Source: Epiperipatus broadwayi (lineage: Eukaryota > Animalia > Onychophora). Taken from it: a stretch of 64,000 nt of DNA. A program made the translations under genes and the position numbers. The notes under the pieces were generated by a model, which did no database searches, was not told where the DNA came from, and saw only the letters and a program-made list of their open reading frames with translations. Shown here one piece after another: positions 62,181-64,000 of the stretch. The DNA is taken from assembly GCA_028023455.1 (NCBI GenBank), contig JAQFVV010000007.1:4092001-4156000 (forward strand), read 5' to 3'. The stretch's first letter is position 1. Each line of letters opens with the position of its first letter.

Positions 62181-64000
62181 TACATATAATTTGAATAGTT
62201 TCCTGCCCGTTTATGAAAAAGAGAATATTATTTTTAATCATATAAAAATTCAATATAATTACGATTATCGTCAATAGAAGATGCAGTTTTTTCCTATTTC
62301 AAAAAAGTTTAATTGGCAAGAATATAAGAAAAATGGCCTAAACATTTTTGCTATGTTCGGTTTTGCATTTGTTTTATTTATTAATTCCCATCTGTGAGTT
62401 AATTTCTTGGTTGTTTTAAATTTAGTAAATAATCATTTAAAAAATTCTTTGTTTGAATAATTAGCTACAACATTAAAATAACTTTCGCAAAAATGGATAT
62501 TGATGTTGTGTGGTTTTTTTTTTTCTTGGAAAATAGATGCTGAATTTATTTTCAAGTTGCAAAATAAAAAGAAACGCTATTGTATGAAGTTTGAGATCAG
62601 AAACATCAACTTTTTTATGTTCGTTGCTTTTCTCTGGCTGGAAAAAATAATTTTATTGAATTATTTCTAAAGAAATAATTCTATTGAAGAAGTTAATAAC
62701 TTATCGATTCGCAATTATATTTCTTTGAACATCATGAATTAAAATATTTGAATAAATTTATACTGTGAATTTAAACAAAAATTCATTACCATTACTATAC
62801 TACTACTATTATTTTTAGTGCATACTACTATTATTATTATTATTAGCTTTTCACTCCTCTAATACAAGTCATGCTATTGATTATAATCTATTATTTTATT
62901 TTATTTATATATAAATAATAATCAACAAAGCAAGTCATATATGCGTGACATTACTTTATATTGCATTTTTATGTCTACTTTTTCCAAAAACTACTCAATA
63001 CACTTTTAAAAGTTAACGTTTAATTTAAAGAACAGTTTTCAATATTATTAGTGTTTGCAAACGTGTGTGTGTATAAATAATTCATTATTGATTTTATACA
63101 TGCGTATAAATCAATCAAAGGTGAAATAATATTACATAGTCGAACTTTTTTTATTCTTAAAAAACTTACCATTATGAGTAACATACATGGAATCCTCCAA
63201 CAACAAAAACATATTTAATAACCTTAATTTTATTTCCTGACAAAGATCTATTGTTAGCAATGGAAGAAATAGACCAAAATTTAAAAATTTCTTTTTAATC
63301 AAGATTTACGATTCTTAAGCTATTAATTTCTTTAAAAGTTCTTTTGATATTAGGGGTAATTGGAATATGAGTTCGGATAGTCCGATGGTAGTATAACAGA
63401 TATTTATTTTGTGTTGGGGAACTTTTCAGTTGAGAAGTTGGTCTTGACAGGAAAACTGCTGATAATGAATTTGTAATTTAATTTTGACTAGTAATTAAAT
63501 TGTGAATTAGTTTATTTTGTTTATTACATTGACTAGTTTAGTTTTTGCCATTTGTTTTATATGTATATAAAAAAATAAATTATAATATATGTATATATTG
63601 TAAACAATATGTAATAAAATAAATTCTATAAGAGTATGTAGATAATTATCAACTATTATGGTAATAAATTTTGGTCTAAAACAACATTTATCACTTTCCT
63701 AAAACAGGCTTTTGATATTGTGTATCTTGGGCGCACGACTAAAGTGAATGTTAGTAAATATTTTAGTCTATCCTCATGCGTATAAACATACATTAAACTA
63801 GTCACTGATTATATTATATTTTCATATTTGCAAATTCACCTAGAAGTTGTTTCTAACATTGGATTAAATGACCAGTGCTTGCTAAGAGGAATGCTACATA
63901 TTATGGAGTTTTTAGAGTTAATTATGCGCTCTGCTTTTTTTTTTTTTACTTTTCGTTTATTATTATTTACTAGGCAAATAATTTTAGCTTCATCAGGTTA

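Overview
This is AT-rich (roughly three-quarters A+T by eye) eukaryotic DNA, probably from an invertebrate. I cannot identify the host, and I recognise no intact host gene. Most of the window is decayed transposon sequence: RTE and other LINE remnants, Penelope-like (PLE) RT and GIY-YIG remnants, mariner derivatives, tRNA-derived SINE heads, microsatellites and many fold-back repeats. One hAT element is complete at its ends (22171-25038, 15-bp TIRs, 8-bp TSD) and is nested in a PLE. The main signal is two unrelated repeat families that each carry a minimal type I hammerhead ribozyme (HHR) motif. Family A is a ~480-bp non-coding monomer with the consensus ACCAA-CTGATGA-GTGCT-GGTTT-AGCAC-GAAA-TACGTA-TA-TTGGT plus a tRNA-type B-box. 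It occurs as dispersed copies and as a ~2-kb multimeric fold-back array (55002-57035) flanked by a 12-13-bp target-site duplication, which resembles a retrozyme. Family B has the consensus ACAC-CTGAAGA-R-GAGTGG-loop-CYACTC-GAAA-CG-TT-GTGT. It sits behind a tRNA-like A/B-box module at the 3' end of a PLE coding remnant and also occurs as solo, tandem and inverted copies. Differences between copies concentrate at CpGs next to and inside the ribozyme core. Ribozyme activity is inferred from motif and pairing only, and novelty has not been checked against any database.
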